Below, in pieces: positions 9,078-17,717 of a stretch of DNA of 64,000 nucleotides. Source of the DNA: an uncultured bacterium (GTDB lineage: Bacteria > Patescibacteriota > Minisyncoccia > Phycocordibacterales > Zambryskibacteraceae); the NCBI GenBank assembly GCA_963789635.1, contig CAWBLF010000003.1, forward strand, positions 140,364 to 204,363, written 5' to 3'. Below the pieces are notes generated by a model. The model was not told the origin of the DNA. It was given only the letters and a program-made list of their open reading frames with translations, and did no database searches. Position numbers and translations under genes: made by a program. The stretch's first letter is position 1. Each line of letters begins with the position of its first letter.

Positions 9078-9755
9078 ATGTTGTCACTACAAATAAACAA
9101 ACGCGATAAGTTGGAAGACTTGTCAGCAATGCGAAAAAACGGGGTAATGCCGGCTGTTTTTTACGGCAAAAAGGAACCTTCAACACCTATTTCCATTGCA
9201 AATAAGGATTTCTTAAAGGTCTGGAAAGAAGCGGGAGAGTCCTCGGTGGTTTCTTTGGCATACGACGGCGGTTCGGTGGATGCGCTCATTCACGCAGTTG
9301 ATTTTGATGCGGTTACAGGAGTGCCGATTCACGCCGATTTTTATGTCTTTGAGAAAGGCCGCAAACTTGAAGTTTCCGTTCCTTTGGAATTTACAGGTAT
9401 TTCTCCGGCCATAAAAGATCTCGGCGGTCTTTTGGTCAAAGTTATGCATGAAGTGAAGATTGAGGCATTGCCAGCGGATCTTCCTCACAGTGTTTCGGTG
9501 GACATCTCATCTCTCATAGAAATTGGTAGTCAAATTCTGGCTAAGGATATCAAACTTGGATCAGGGGTTAGTTTAATGGAAAATCTTGAAGAGGTAGTAG
9601 CACTTGTTTCTGCTCCAAAAGAAGAAGAGCCTGAAGAAGTAGCCCCTGTAGACTTGTCTGCTATTGAGGTAGAAAAGAAGGGTAAGGAAGCCAAGGAAGG
9701 TGAGGCGGAAGAAGCGCCAGCTGGCGAAGCAAAGGCGGAAGAAGTGGCGAAATAA
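9078..9755 (+). CDS. rplY: 50S ribosomal protein L25 / general stress protein Ctc, with an acidic/lysine-rich C-terminal tail
   Basis: The patterns G.MPAV.YG and H.VDFD..TG.PIHADF are typical of L25/Ctc. The start may be 9069 instead. Confidence 0.85.
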   Translation: MLSLQINKRDKLEDLSAMRKNGVMPAVFYGKKEPSTPISIANKDFLKVWKEAGESSVVSLAYDGGSVDALIHAVDFDAVTGVPIHADFYVFEKGRKLEVSVPLEFTGISPAIKDLGGLLVKVMHEVKIEALPADLPHSVSVDISSLIEIGSQILAKDIKLGSGVSLMENLEEVVALVSAPKEEEPEEVAPVDLSAIEVEKKGKEAKEGEAEEAPAGEAKAEEVAK

Positions 9756-9810
9756 AAGCGGCATTTAATAACGCTTGTTCTATAAATATTTCTTAATAAT
9801 TTTGTTAGTT

Positions 9811-9848
9811 TGCACAAAAAAGACGGACTATTCCGTCTTTTTTGTGCA
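9811..9848. terminator. 17-bp perfect-stem hairpin downstream of rplY
   Basis: tgcacaaaaaagacgga / ctat / tccgtcttttttgtgca. A- and T-runs are built into the stem, so it could terminate in both directions. Confidence 0.6.
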
Positions 9849-9906
9849 CGCATAATTATTGTCACTTTATATTTTGGTCAAAATGAGTTAAAATTGATAC
9901 TGACTC

Positions 9907-11310
9907 ATGAAAATTTCAGTGTATTCTAAACAGCTGTATTTGGTGCGCTCTTTTTTTGTTTTTCTTTTAATCTTGGGCATTTCTGCGCCCCATACTACCT
10001 TTGCGCAAACTACATCTTTGAGCAATGAGAGCCAGGCTCAGCTACAGGCGGATTATGATGCTCTTCAACAGGAAATTGCTAGATGGCAGGGCATTTTGGA
10101 TGAAACCAAGGCCAAAGCCAGTGGTATCAAAGGGGATATAAGCGTACTGACTGCACAAATAAATGTAGCCGAATCAACCATCAAGGCTAAAAATATTGCC
10201 ATAGCCCAACTGGCTAGCCAAATAAATATAAAAAAACAAACGTTGAGCGATTTGCAAAACAAGATTGATCAGGGGAAAGAATCTTTGGCGCAAATTATAC
10301 GCAAGACCAATGAGCTCGATGCATTTACGTTGCCTGAAGTCATACTCGGTGACCAAAACTTGTCGGACTTCTACGATGACATCAATACGTTCGATTCGGT
10401 CAATCGCTCATTGCAGATATATTTTACGGAAATACAACAAGCTCAAGCTGATACCACCAAGGCCGCTGCAGAATTGGACAGCCAAAAAAATGCCCAAACT
10501 GATGCAAAGTATATTGTGCAAACTCAAGAGAAAGCGGTAGCGCAAAGCCAGGCTGAGAAAAAACAGCTACTTGCTGTCACTCAGACTCAAGCAGCAGGTT
10601 ATCAGGCCATTGTCGCCGATAGACAAGCAAAGGCGGCGGCGATACGCGCGGCACTTTTCAAATTGCGTGACGCGCAAGGTATACAGTTTAGTGACGCTTT
10701 GGCTTACGCGAATGCTGTATCACAAAAAACCGGTGTTCGCCCGGCACTTATTCTCGCCATTTTGACTCAGGAGTCTGATCTCGGGAAAAATCAGGGGTCG
10801 TGTCTCATAACTGATCTCAATACCGGTAATGGAGTGGGTAAAAACAGTGGTACTCCATTTCAAAAAGTTATGAAAGCTCCAAACGATACAGTACCTTTTC
10901 AGGCAATTACAGCCAGATTGGGTCTCAATTGGCAATTGCAGGCTGTGTCGTGTCCACCATCATACACTTGGTATCCAACGCGAGGTTATGGCGGAGCAAT
11001 GGGACCTTCGCAATTTATTCCTTCCACTTGGGAACTTTTCAAAAACAGGATAGGAGCAATGCTCGGAATACAGCCTGACGCGGCCGACCCGTGGAACCCG
11101 GAAGATGCATTTATGGCCACAGGATTATATCTTTCAGATTTGGGAGCAGTTAACGGGAGCTATACATCAGAATACAACGCGGCTTGCAAATATTATTCGG
11201 GTTCGGTATGCAGGCCGGGACGCAAACCCCCCAATGTATTTTACGGCACGTCTGTTATGGCCGCGGCTGAAACGATTCAGAATAATATTGATTACCTAAA
11301 CGGGGTTTAG
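9907..11310 (+). CDS. secreted coiled-coil protein with a C-terminal lytic transglycosylase-like domain
   Basis: N-terminal signal/TM segment, about 230 aa Q/A-rich coiled coil, then TQESDLG and [13 protein letters not shown] motifs of MltB/SLT-like muramidases. Confidence 0.65.
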   Translation: MKISVYSKQLYLVRSFFVFLLILGISAPHTTFAQTTSLSNESQAQLQADYDALQQEIARWQGILDETKAKASGIKGDISVLTAQINVAESTIKAKNIAIAQLASQINIKKQTLSDLQNKIDQGKESLAQIIRKTNELDAFTLPEVILGDQNLSDFYDDINTFDSVNRSLQIYFTEIQQAQADTTKAAAELDSQKNAQTDAKYIVQTQEKAVAQSQAEKKQLLAVTQTQAAGYQAIVADRQAKAAAIRAALFKLRDAQGIQFSDALAYANAVSQKTGVRPALILAILTQESDLGKNQGSCLITDLNTGNGVGKNSGTPFQKVMKAPNDTVPFQAITARLGLNWQLQAVSCPPSYTWYPTRGYGGAMGPSQFIPSTWELFKNRIGAMLGIQPDAADPWNPEDAFMATGLYLSDLGAVNGSYTSEYNAACKYYSGSVCRPGRKPPNVFYGTSVMAAAETIQNNIDYLNGV

Positions 11311-11319
11311 CCGGGAATC

Positions 11320-11347
11320 TTGCAAAAAATCCGGTTTCTGGTATATT
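11320..11347 (+). promoter_or_regulatory. sigma-70-like promoter of rpmE (TTGCAA - 16 nt - TATATT)
   Basis: The -10 box ends 9 nt upstream of the ATG at 11357. No SD sequence. Confidence 0.45.
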
Positions 11348-11356
11348 CATAGGCCT

Positions 11357-11575
11357 ATGAAAGCAGATATTCATCCAAAATATTTTCCAAACGCCACAGT
11401 TACCTGTGCTTGTGGAAACACATTTAAAATCGGCTCAACCAAAGAAAATATAGAGGTCGAAATTTGTTCTGCCTGTCATCCGTTTTATACTGGAAATGAC
11501 AAGGTCTTGGATACCGCCGGCCGTGTAGAAAAGTTCAAAGCAAAGCGCGCTGGAGCGAAAGCAAAGAAGAAGTAA
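11357..11575 (+). CDS. rpmE: 50S ribosomal protein L31
   Basis: MKADIHP start, and CxC ... [10 protein letters not shown] zinc-ribbon motifs. Confidence 0.95.
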   Translation: MKADIHPKYFPNATVTCACGNTFKIGSTKENIEVEICSACHPFYTGNDKVLDTAGRVEKFKAKRAGAKAKKK

Positions 11576-11590
11576 CGAATAGCAATTGAC

Positions 11591-11643
11591 TCATAACTTG
11601 CAACAAATAACGCAGTAAGTTGTTTGGAGTTATGGGTTTTTTG
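11591..11643 (+). terminator. rho-independent terminator after rpmE
   Basis: ctcataact...agttatggg stem with an inner aacaa/ttgtt helix, followed by a tttttt run. Confidence 0.6.
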
Positions 11644-11673
11644 TTATAAGTTTAATGTTATCTGCTACCTGTT

Positions 11674-12653
11674 ATGGACCTAACAAAATACAAAGAAAAT
11701 CAAAAGACAAGCTATTTGGCACAGCTTCTGGAGGAGCTTCTTAAAAAAGAAAGTGATCTTTTGGCGTTGGCGGAAAGTGATGTGACCATGAAGGAAATGG
11801 CGGATGAAGAGCTCAAACATATTGTCGAGGAAAAACAAAATCTTATTGCTCAAATGGATAACATTTTGACGGTTGAAGAGAAGAAGAGTCCCGCGACGGC
11901 GGGGCAAACGAGGTCATTCTCGAGGTGCGTGCCGGTGCTGGCGGGGAAGAGGCGGCTCTTTTTGCTGAGATGTTGGCTATTATGTATCAAAAATATTCCG
12001 AAACCAAAGGTTGGAGTTTCAAAATACTAGATTTGTCAAAGAGTTCGCTTGGCGGTTACAAGGAAGGTTCTTTTGAAATTCACGGCAAAGGTGTTTATCA
12101 AGAACTTCGTTATGAGACGGGTGTCCATCGCATCCAGCGTGTCCCCGAAACTGAGAAAAGCGGACGGGTCCACACTTCTACCGCTTCTGTGGCGATATTG
12201 CCAATTCGCAAAAAGGTGAAATTTGAAATCAACCCGGCCGATTTGGAGATCGAAACATCGCGTTCGGGCGGAAAGGGCGGGCAGAATGTCAATAAGGTTG
12301 AAACTGCGGTAAGAATTGTGCACATACCTACTGGGCTCGATGTTCGTTCCACCAACCAACGCAGTCAGGGTGCCAACAAGGAAAAAGCGATGGAGATTTT
12401 GACCGCAAAACTCGCGGCTTTAGAAGAGGAAAGAGAAGAAAAGAAGCATTCGGCGGAGCGCAAAAGCCAAATCGGAACTGGTGATCGTTCCGAAAAGATT
12501 CGCACCTACAACATCCTTCAGGACCGTATTACCGATCACCGTCTCAAAGAGTCGTGGCATAATATTCCCCTTATTTTGGGAGGAAAATTGGACCCGATTA
12601 TTGCTGCTTTGCAGGCAAGAAAGGCCGAAGAGGAAGATGGTCAGCCGGTGTAA
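11674..12653 (+). CDS. prfA: peptide chain release factor 1, interrupted by an apparent 1-nt deletion (-1 frame change) near 11890-11892
   Basis: N-terminal 72 codons are in frame 1. The rest is in frame 3 from about 11892: NEVILEVRAGAGGEEAALFA, RVPETEKSGRVHTS, GGQNVNK, GTGDRSEKIRTYN. Adding one C to the CCC at 11890-11892 restores ...EEKKSPRDGGANEVILEV... Confidence 0.85.
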
Positions 12654-12712
12654 GCAGTTGCGAAAAAGGCCATGATTTGCTAGTATTTCACCTTGCGTAT
12701 AGAACAAAATTA

Positions 12713-13462
12713 ATGCCAATTACGGAAAAAAAGACAAGTAATAAGACCCCGATTGACTCCCTATTTGCAGTGGGGGCCCATTTCGGTCTTATCCGTTCCC
12801 GCAGACACCCGTCAACCAAAGGTTATATTTTTGGTGTAAAAAATAAAGTTGAGATTTTTGACCTTGAAAAGACAGCCGAAAGTCTGCAGAAAGCCAAAGA
12901 TTTTATTAAAAATCAGACCAGTCAGGGTGGAATCATTCTATTTGTTGGAGGAAAGAACGAAGCTCGAGCATCTATCCTATCCGGTGCCCAGAGTGCCGGA
13001 CAACCGGTAGTAGCCGGTCGTTGGTTGGGGGGGACACTTACCAATTTCCCCGAAATCAAGAAGCGCATTGCCAGACTTGAGGACCTCACCTCTCAACGTG
13101 AAAAAGGTGAACTAGCCAAATACACCAAAAAAGAGAGATTGCTTATAGACCGAGAAATCGTCAAGCTAGAACATTCTTTTGGAGGTATTTCATCCATGAG
13201 ATTTGCTCCAAAGGCGCTTTTTGTCATTGACCCGAAGCGCGAGTATATTGCGGTGGCTGAAGCAAAGAAGCTAAACATTCCGGTAGTAGCGCTTGCAAGC
13301 TCCGACTGCGATATCCGTGGCATTGATTACCCAATTCCGGGTAACGACGCGTCTCAAAAAAGCATTGAATATTTTGTAAACCAAATTGTAGATGCGATTT
13401 TGGAAGGTAAGAGAATCGCTACCACCGCACCGGCAGTTTCCGATACACCAAAGCAAGGTTAG
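12713..13462 (+). CDS. rpsB: 30S ribosomal protein S2
   Basis: GAHFG...R.HP, GG.ILFVG and W.GG.LTN motifs. I chose the internal ATG at 12713. Confidence 0.9.
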   Translation: MPITEKKTSNKTPIDSLFAVGAHFGLIRSRRHPSTKGYIFGVKNKVEIFDLEKTAESLQKAKDFIKNQTSQGGIILFVGGKNEARASILSGAQSAGQPVVAGRWLGGTLTNFPEIKKRIARLEDLTSQREKGELAKYTKKERLLIDREIVKLEHSFGGISSMRFAPKALFVIDPKREYIAVAEAKKLNIPVVALASSDCDIRGIDYPIPGNDASQKSIEYFVNQIVDAILEGKRIATTAPAVSDTPKQG

Positions 13463-13502
13463 TTTTTATTGTTTATTTTATTTAATTTGATCTTTATTTT
13501 TT

Positions 13503-14084
13503 ATGGTTACAACTGACCAAGTCAAAAAGCTCCGCGACCGAACAGGTCTGTCTGTTATGCAATGCAGAAAAGCGCTTGAAGAAGCGGGAGGTGATATGGA
13601 AAAAGCAGTGGTTATTCTCCAAAAGAAGAGTGGGGATGTCGCTTCAAAGAAATCAGACCGCACCCTCGGTTCTGGCACTGTGCAGTCATATATTCATGGC
13701 GGTTCTGTCGGCGCTATCGTCGAACTGTCGTGCGAGACTGATTTTGTCGCAAAAAACGAAGAGTTTAAGGCAATTGCATATGATATTGCGATGCAAGTCG
13801 CCGCTACGGACCCATTATTTTTAAAGATGGAAGACGTGACGGAAGAAGCCAAGGCCACGGCGTCGGAAGTTTTTGCCGATGAAGCCAAAGATAAACCGAA
13901 AGAACTTAGGGCAAAGATAGTTGAAGGTAAACTCAATGCCTATTTTGGTGAACAAACGCTAATGGAGCAACCTTTTATCAAGAACCCTGAACTGAAAATA
14001 AAAGACCTTATCACAGGAGCTGTGCAGAAGTTTGGCGAACGAATAGAAATTCGTCGATTCGTCCGATTTTCAACAAAATCATAA
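13503..14084 (+). CDS. tsf: translation elongation factor Ts (short form)
   Basis: The N-terminal UBA-like motif VKKLRDRTGLSVMQCRKALEEAGGDMEKA, and the core ELSCETDFVAKN. Confidence 0.9.
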   Translation: MVTTDQVKKLRDRTGLSVMQCRKALEEAGGDMEKAVVILQKKSGDVASKKSDRTLGSGTVQSYIHGGSVGAIVELSCETDFVAKNEEFKAIAYDIAMQVAATDPLFLKMEDVTEEAKATASEVFADEAKDKPKELRAKIVEGKLNAYFGEQTLMEQPFIKNPELKIKDLITGAVQKFGERIEIRRFVRFSTKS

Positions 14085-14094
14085 ATACCTACAT

Positions 14095-14481
14095 ATGTTT
14101 ACAGTTACCTTTGTTATTTCATTCGTATGCATTGTCTATCTGCTACTTGTAAAAATATACGAACTCAAAACTAACCGTGTGACGTCAATGACGAGAAGGC
14201 TCTCTGGTTATGACAAAAAAGTGATGGCGCATTGGGAAGAATTGATGAAGCACTTCACGCATCATAAAGACAGAGCCAAGACACTTGTGGATACTGGAAT
14301 ACGCACAAAATCAAAAGAACTTACTACTCTGGTCAAAGGAGCGACACGTGACGCGTATAAATTAATAATTCCCGACGTGCGAGGAAAAAGAGTTTTTAAG
14401 AGTGATAAGCAAGCTTCGGAATTTCTAAAGAACATAAGTTATCACAAAGAACAAAACGGTCACGGCAGTATAGAAGGGTAG
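14095..14481 (+). CDS. hypothetical protein with an N-terminal transmembrane helix
   Basis: 128-aa ORF in a tight operon-like position after tsf. No family recognised. Confidence 0.4.
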   Translation: MFTVTFVISFVCIVYLLLVKIYELKTNRVTSMTRRLSGYDKKVMAHWEELMKHFTHHKDRAKTLVDTGIRTKSKELTTLVKGATRDAYKLIIPDVRGKRVFKSDKQASEFLKNISYHKEQNGHGSIEG

Positions 14482-14523
14482 GAGATATCTGTGATAGAGT
14501 TGTTAAAATTCGAAAGTAGTTAT

Positions 14524-14568
14524 GCCACCTTAGCTGTTTTGGTAGGTATGAGTATTATGAAAAACGTG
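14524..14568 (+). pseudogene. degenerate copy of the tRNA-Thr 5' half
   Basis: gccaccttagctgttttggtag matches tRNA positions 1-22 (gccgccttagctcagttggtag) at 18 of 22. Similarity decays after that. Confidence 0.45.
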
Positions 14569-14624
14569 ATAATGTTGTAAAAATCTTTTATTTTGTTGCT
14601 TGTTATATGTTGTAAGTTAAATTT

Positions 14625-14700
14625 GCCGCCTTAGCTCAGTTGGTAGAGCAACACTTTTGTAAAGTGAAGGTCCTCGGTTCGAGTCCGAGAGGTGGCTCCA
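14625..14700 (+). tRNA. tRNA-Thr (anticodon UGU), CCA encoded
   Basis: Hand-folded cloverleaf. Acceptor stem GCCGCCT/AGGTGGC with one G-U pair. D arm GCTC-AGTTGGTA-GAGC. Anticodon loop ttTGTaa, anticodon at 14658-14660. T arm CTCGG-TTCGAGT-CCGAG. Discriminator T followed by CCA. Confidence 0.9.
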
Positions 14701-14735
14701 AAACAAAAAAACTCCCTGTGGAAGTTTTTTTGTTT
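14701..14735. terminator. A/T-rich hairpin immediately after the tRNA
   Basis: aaacaaaaaaact / agtttttttgttt arms around ccctgtgga. Confidence 0.4.
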
Positions 14736-14864
14736 TGCCATCTCAGCAAGACAGTCAATACTGTCTTGCGTTCGGACTCGAAAGTCGGAGACATATTTCT
14801 TCAGCAGAAGAAATAGTTGAGACGGGGTCGCGAAATTTTGCTGTGATGACAAGCAAAATATTCG

Positions 14865-14888
14865 TGGCCGAATCCGAGAGGTAGCTCA
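14865..14888 (+). repeat. degenerate direct copy of the tRNA-Thr 3' end (possible att-type footprint)
   Basis: cgaatccgagaggtagctca compared with tRNA cgagtccgagaggtggctcca: a 10-nt exact core plus flanks, 17 of 19 matching. Confidence 0.45.
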
Positions 14889-14912
14889 ATAAAGCAAACT
14901 GCTTTAATTGGA

Positions 14913-15611
14913 TTATTTTTGGGTGCTTGTCGCCGATGTAGAGGTGGCATTCTTGGCAGCGTTTTCCTTCTTCCAAACGGCAATTTGCGGTATGGCCTTG
15001 CTTATATCATCTATACTTTGAAACCCATAAAATGTATTATCGTCAATGATAAGGGCAGGTAAATTATTTTCTATCTTATTTATTGAAATCAGTGTTTTAA
15101 TGGCGGAAAGATCAAGATTGTAGTCAAACGAATAAACTCTAAGTTGAGGGTAATCTTCTCTTAGTTTTGTAAGTACGTATCCTTGTTTTTCGCAGTCGGC
15201 ACAGTCTTTACTATAGAAATACAATATAAAAGCATTTTCAGTGCCGCATTTTTGGCTGACCTGCCTCATTAGCAGGAAGTCTTTAATTTCAAGCAAAGAA
15301 TAATATTGTTTGAGGGCCACTACTTGGCTGTCATTTGGACTCCTTGTTTGTTCTTCGTAAGAAAGTTTGTCCCCCAAAGTACCCAGCTCTTCGGAAACAC
15401 TGGTGGGGCCCAATTCTTTGCAGGAAAACTCTTGCAAAAGGGCCGTTTGCACTTCTGAAGCAAGTATATTTGTAGATATTTGATCTTGGATGGACTGGAG
15501 CTCGTCAATTTTCTTTTGGCCGAGCCAGTTTGCCACGAACAAAGCGGTAAAGAAAATTACGGCAGTAATCAAAAAAGCCACAACATATTTTTTTGTATCA
15601 ATTGTTTGCAT
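14913..15611 (-). CDS. membrane-anchored thioredoxin-fold protein (CxxC)
   Basis: N-terminal TM helix. CADC motif within a FYSKDCADCEKQ context typical of thioredoxin-like proteins. Confidence 0.5.
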   Translation of the reverse strand: MQTIDTKKYVVAFLITAVIFFTALFVANWLGQKKIDELQSIQDQISTNILASEVQTALLQEFSCKELGPTSVSEELGTLGDKLSYEEQTRSPNDSQVVALKQYYSLLEIKDFLLMRQVSQKCGTENAFILYFYSKDCADCEKQGYVLTKLREDYPQLRVYSFDYNLDLSAIKTLISINKIENNLPALIIDDNTFYGFQSIDDISKAIPQIAVWKKENAAKNATSTSATSTQK

Positions 15612-15616
15612 AAAAA

Positions 15617-16867
15617 TTATCTCCAGGAAACCTTCTTTGAAAAGACGGTGTTATATATGGCTTTTACGAGCCAGAACGGTACGATGAAACTATATATCGG
15701 AATAAAATAAATAAGATCAAATGACAAACGGAGTCTGCCTTCGGTGATGACTCGGGAAAGCACAATTATGCTCATTGAAAGAAATCCTACAACCAGAGCC
15801 AAAATAACAATTGAGTTGATATTTGTAAAGAAAAAATCAAATTTTAAAAAATTATTTGTACCGAAATCAAGGCCGATTGCTTGGTATCTTTGAAACTCAT
15901 TCATCATTTTTAAAATAAAATCAAAAAGAAAGGCTCCGGTAGAATATATAGCAAAGATGATTGTCAATACGGCTACAGGCAAGGTCAGGAGCCCCAAAGT
16001 GCCGTATTCCTTCTTGAAAAACAAAGATCGGTAGTCAATCGAATTATTTATAAAACCATAAGTCCATCTTACCCTTTGACGGTAAAGCGCTTTTACATTT
16101 TTTGGAGCCACCGTGTGCACCATAGCGTCGTGAGCGTTGACGATTTTGTAATGATTTTTCTGCATACGGAGAGCATATTCCAGGTCTTCGGTGTGGTAGG
16201 CTTCACGATAACCGCCCAGTTTTCTGAATACTTCAGTGCGAAAAATTGAAAATGGTCCAGGAGTCACCCGCAAAGAGCCAAGATATGAAAGCATTTTACA
16301 AATAAATATTCCCCAAACGTATTCTACTGCTTGGACGGTTTGGATGATGTTTTTTGGTTTGTAGACTGCTATTGCCGGAGTAACCGCCATAACATCTTTT
16401 TCTTCGAAATGTTTTATTATGCGCGAAAGAGTTTCCGGTTCGACAAAGGAATCTGCGTCCAAACACCCGACAAAATCGCTGGTTGTCCTTTCCAGAGCGT
16501 AATTCAAAGCTGTGTATTTACCGCCATTTTCTTTTGAGTATATTTCAATCTGAGGATTCTTCTCAAATTGTTTTAAGACATTCATTGTGCCATCGGTACT
16601 TCCGTCGTTGACGATAATAATTTTAAGTTTGTCCTTAGGGTAATTGAGAGCCAATATGGAAAAAAGAGTGTTTGTTACAGTCTTTTCTTCGTTGTAGCAT
16701 GGCACAATGATAGTGACAGACGGCCACCAATCGGCTCTTTTTATCCGTTTTTTTTCTGCAATCATGTGCTCCCGCTTTTCCAAGTAGGTTATGATTAAAA
16801 ACACTTCAAAAAAAAGTGAAATAAACAGGGCAATATAAATGAAAGTGTTTCCGAGGGCTGGGAGCAT
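15617..16867 (-). CDS. family 2 glycosyltransferase, membrane-integrated, processive type
   Basis: IIVPCYNEE, NDGSTDGT, LDADS and the QRVRWTYG (QxxRW) motif, with flanking TM helices. Confidence 0.85.
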   Translation of the reverse strand: MLPALGNTFIYIALFISLFFEVFLIITYLEKREHMIAEKKRIKRADWWPSVTIIVPCYNEEKTVTNTLFSILALNYPKDKLKIIIVNDGSTDGTMNVLKQFEKNPQIEIYSKENGGKYTALNYALERTTSDFVGCLDADSFVEPETLSRIIKHFEEKDVMAVTPAIAVYKPKNIIQTVQAVEYVWGIFICKMLSYLGSLRVTPGPFSIFRTEVFRKLGGYREAYHTEDLEYALRMQKNHYKIVNAHDAMVHTVAPKNVKALYRQRVRWTYGFINNSIDYRSLFFKKEYGTLGLLTLPVAVLTIIFAIYSTGAFLFDFILKMMNEFQRYQAIGLDFGTNNFLKFDFFFTNINSIVILALVVGFLSMSIIVLSRVITEGRLRLSFDLIYFIPIYSFIVPFWLVKAIYNTVFSKKVSWR

Positions 16868-16928
16868 TTTCTGTAATAGTAGCTGATATTACTTTAATTT
16901 GTTCATTATTTCAAGTGGTTTTACGATT

Positions 16929-16956
16929 TTGAAACAAGGCGTCACTCCGCTATAAT
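16929..16956 (+). promoter_or_regulatory. near-consensus sigma-70 promoter of pheS (TTGAAA - 16 nt - TATAAT); leaderless
   Basis: The -10 box ends 6 nt upstream of the ATG at 16963. No SD sequence. Confidence 0.55.
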
Positions 16957-16962
16957 GACATT

Positions 16963-17712
16963 ATGAAAGGACATCTTCACCCCATTTCTCACATTGTACA
17001 GAGGACTGAAAGCATTTTTCATGAGCTTGGCTTTACCGTGGCTACCGGGCCGGAAATTGAGACAGAACACTACAATTTTGATGCTCTCAATATTCCGCCT
17101 CACCATCCAGCCCGTGATATGTGGGATACCTTTTGGATAAAGACGCGGACAGGCGCAGAACAAACACAGACAGGTGCGGAAAAAATTCAGCATAGTTCTG
17201 CGTCAGTTCCGCATAGTTCCGCGTTGCTTCGGACCCACACTTCTCCGGTCCAGGTTCGTTATGCGGAATCTCACAAACCCCCGATTCGGATTATTGTTCC
17301 CGGCAAGACTTTTCGCCATGAGGCGACAGACTCTACCCATGAGGCGCAGTTTTACCAGCTTGAGGGTTTGATGATCGAAGAAGGTGTATCGTTGGCCAAT
17401 CTAAAATACGTATTGGAGTATTATTTTGAAAAGTTATTTGGCGAGAAAACTCCAGTAAGGTTTCGTCCTAGTTTTTTCCCTTTTACTGAACCGTCCGTAG
17501 AGATAGATATGTATTACAAGGGGAAATGGCTTGAGATTATGGGGGCGGGAATGGTTCACCCCAAAGTGCTTTCCAATATGGGTATAGATTCCCGCAAATT
17601 CAAAGGTTTTGCTTTTGGTGGAGGTATAGATCGCTTGGCAATGCTTAAGTTTGGCATCCCAGATGTTCGCATGCTGTATCAGGGCGATTTGCGTCTAATA
17701 AACCAATTTTAA
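16963..17712 (+). CDS. pheS: phenylalanine--tRNA ligase alpha subunit (catalytic core only, no N-terminal coiled coil)
   Basis: HPARDMWDTF, LLRTHTSPVQ, FRPSFFPFTEPS and GGGIDRLAM motifs. Contains a 4 x 7-aa repeat insertion. Confidence 0.9.
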   Translation: MKGHLHPISHIVQRTESIFHELGFTVATGPEIETEHYNFDALNIPPHHPARDMWDTFWIKTRTGAEQTQTGAEKIQHSSASVPHSSALLRTHTSPVQVRYAESHKPPIRIIVPGKTFRHEATDSTHEAQFYQLEGLMIEEGVSLANLKYVLEYYFEKLFGEKTPVRFRPSFFPFTEPSVEIDMYYKGKWLEIMGAGMVHPKVLSNMGIDSRKFKGFAFGGGIDRLAMLKFGIPDVRMLYQGDLRLINQF

Positions 17713-17717
17713 CTACA

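Noticed and set aside
11874-11876. RF2-style programmed frameshift, or UGA recoding, at the prfA break
   Set aside because: The protein is RF1-type (PxT-like PET, GTGDRSEKIRTYN). The shift is -1, not +1. There is no in-frame UGA at the shift site in the upstream frame. The TGA at 11874-11876 lies in the downstream frame, before the junction.
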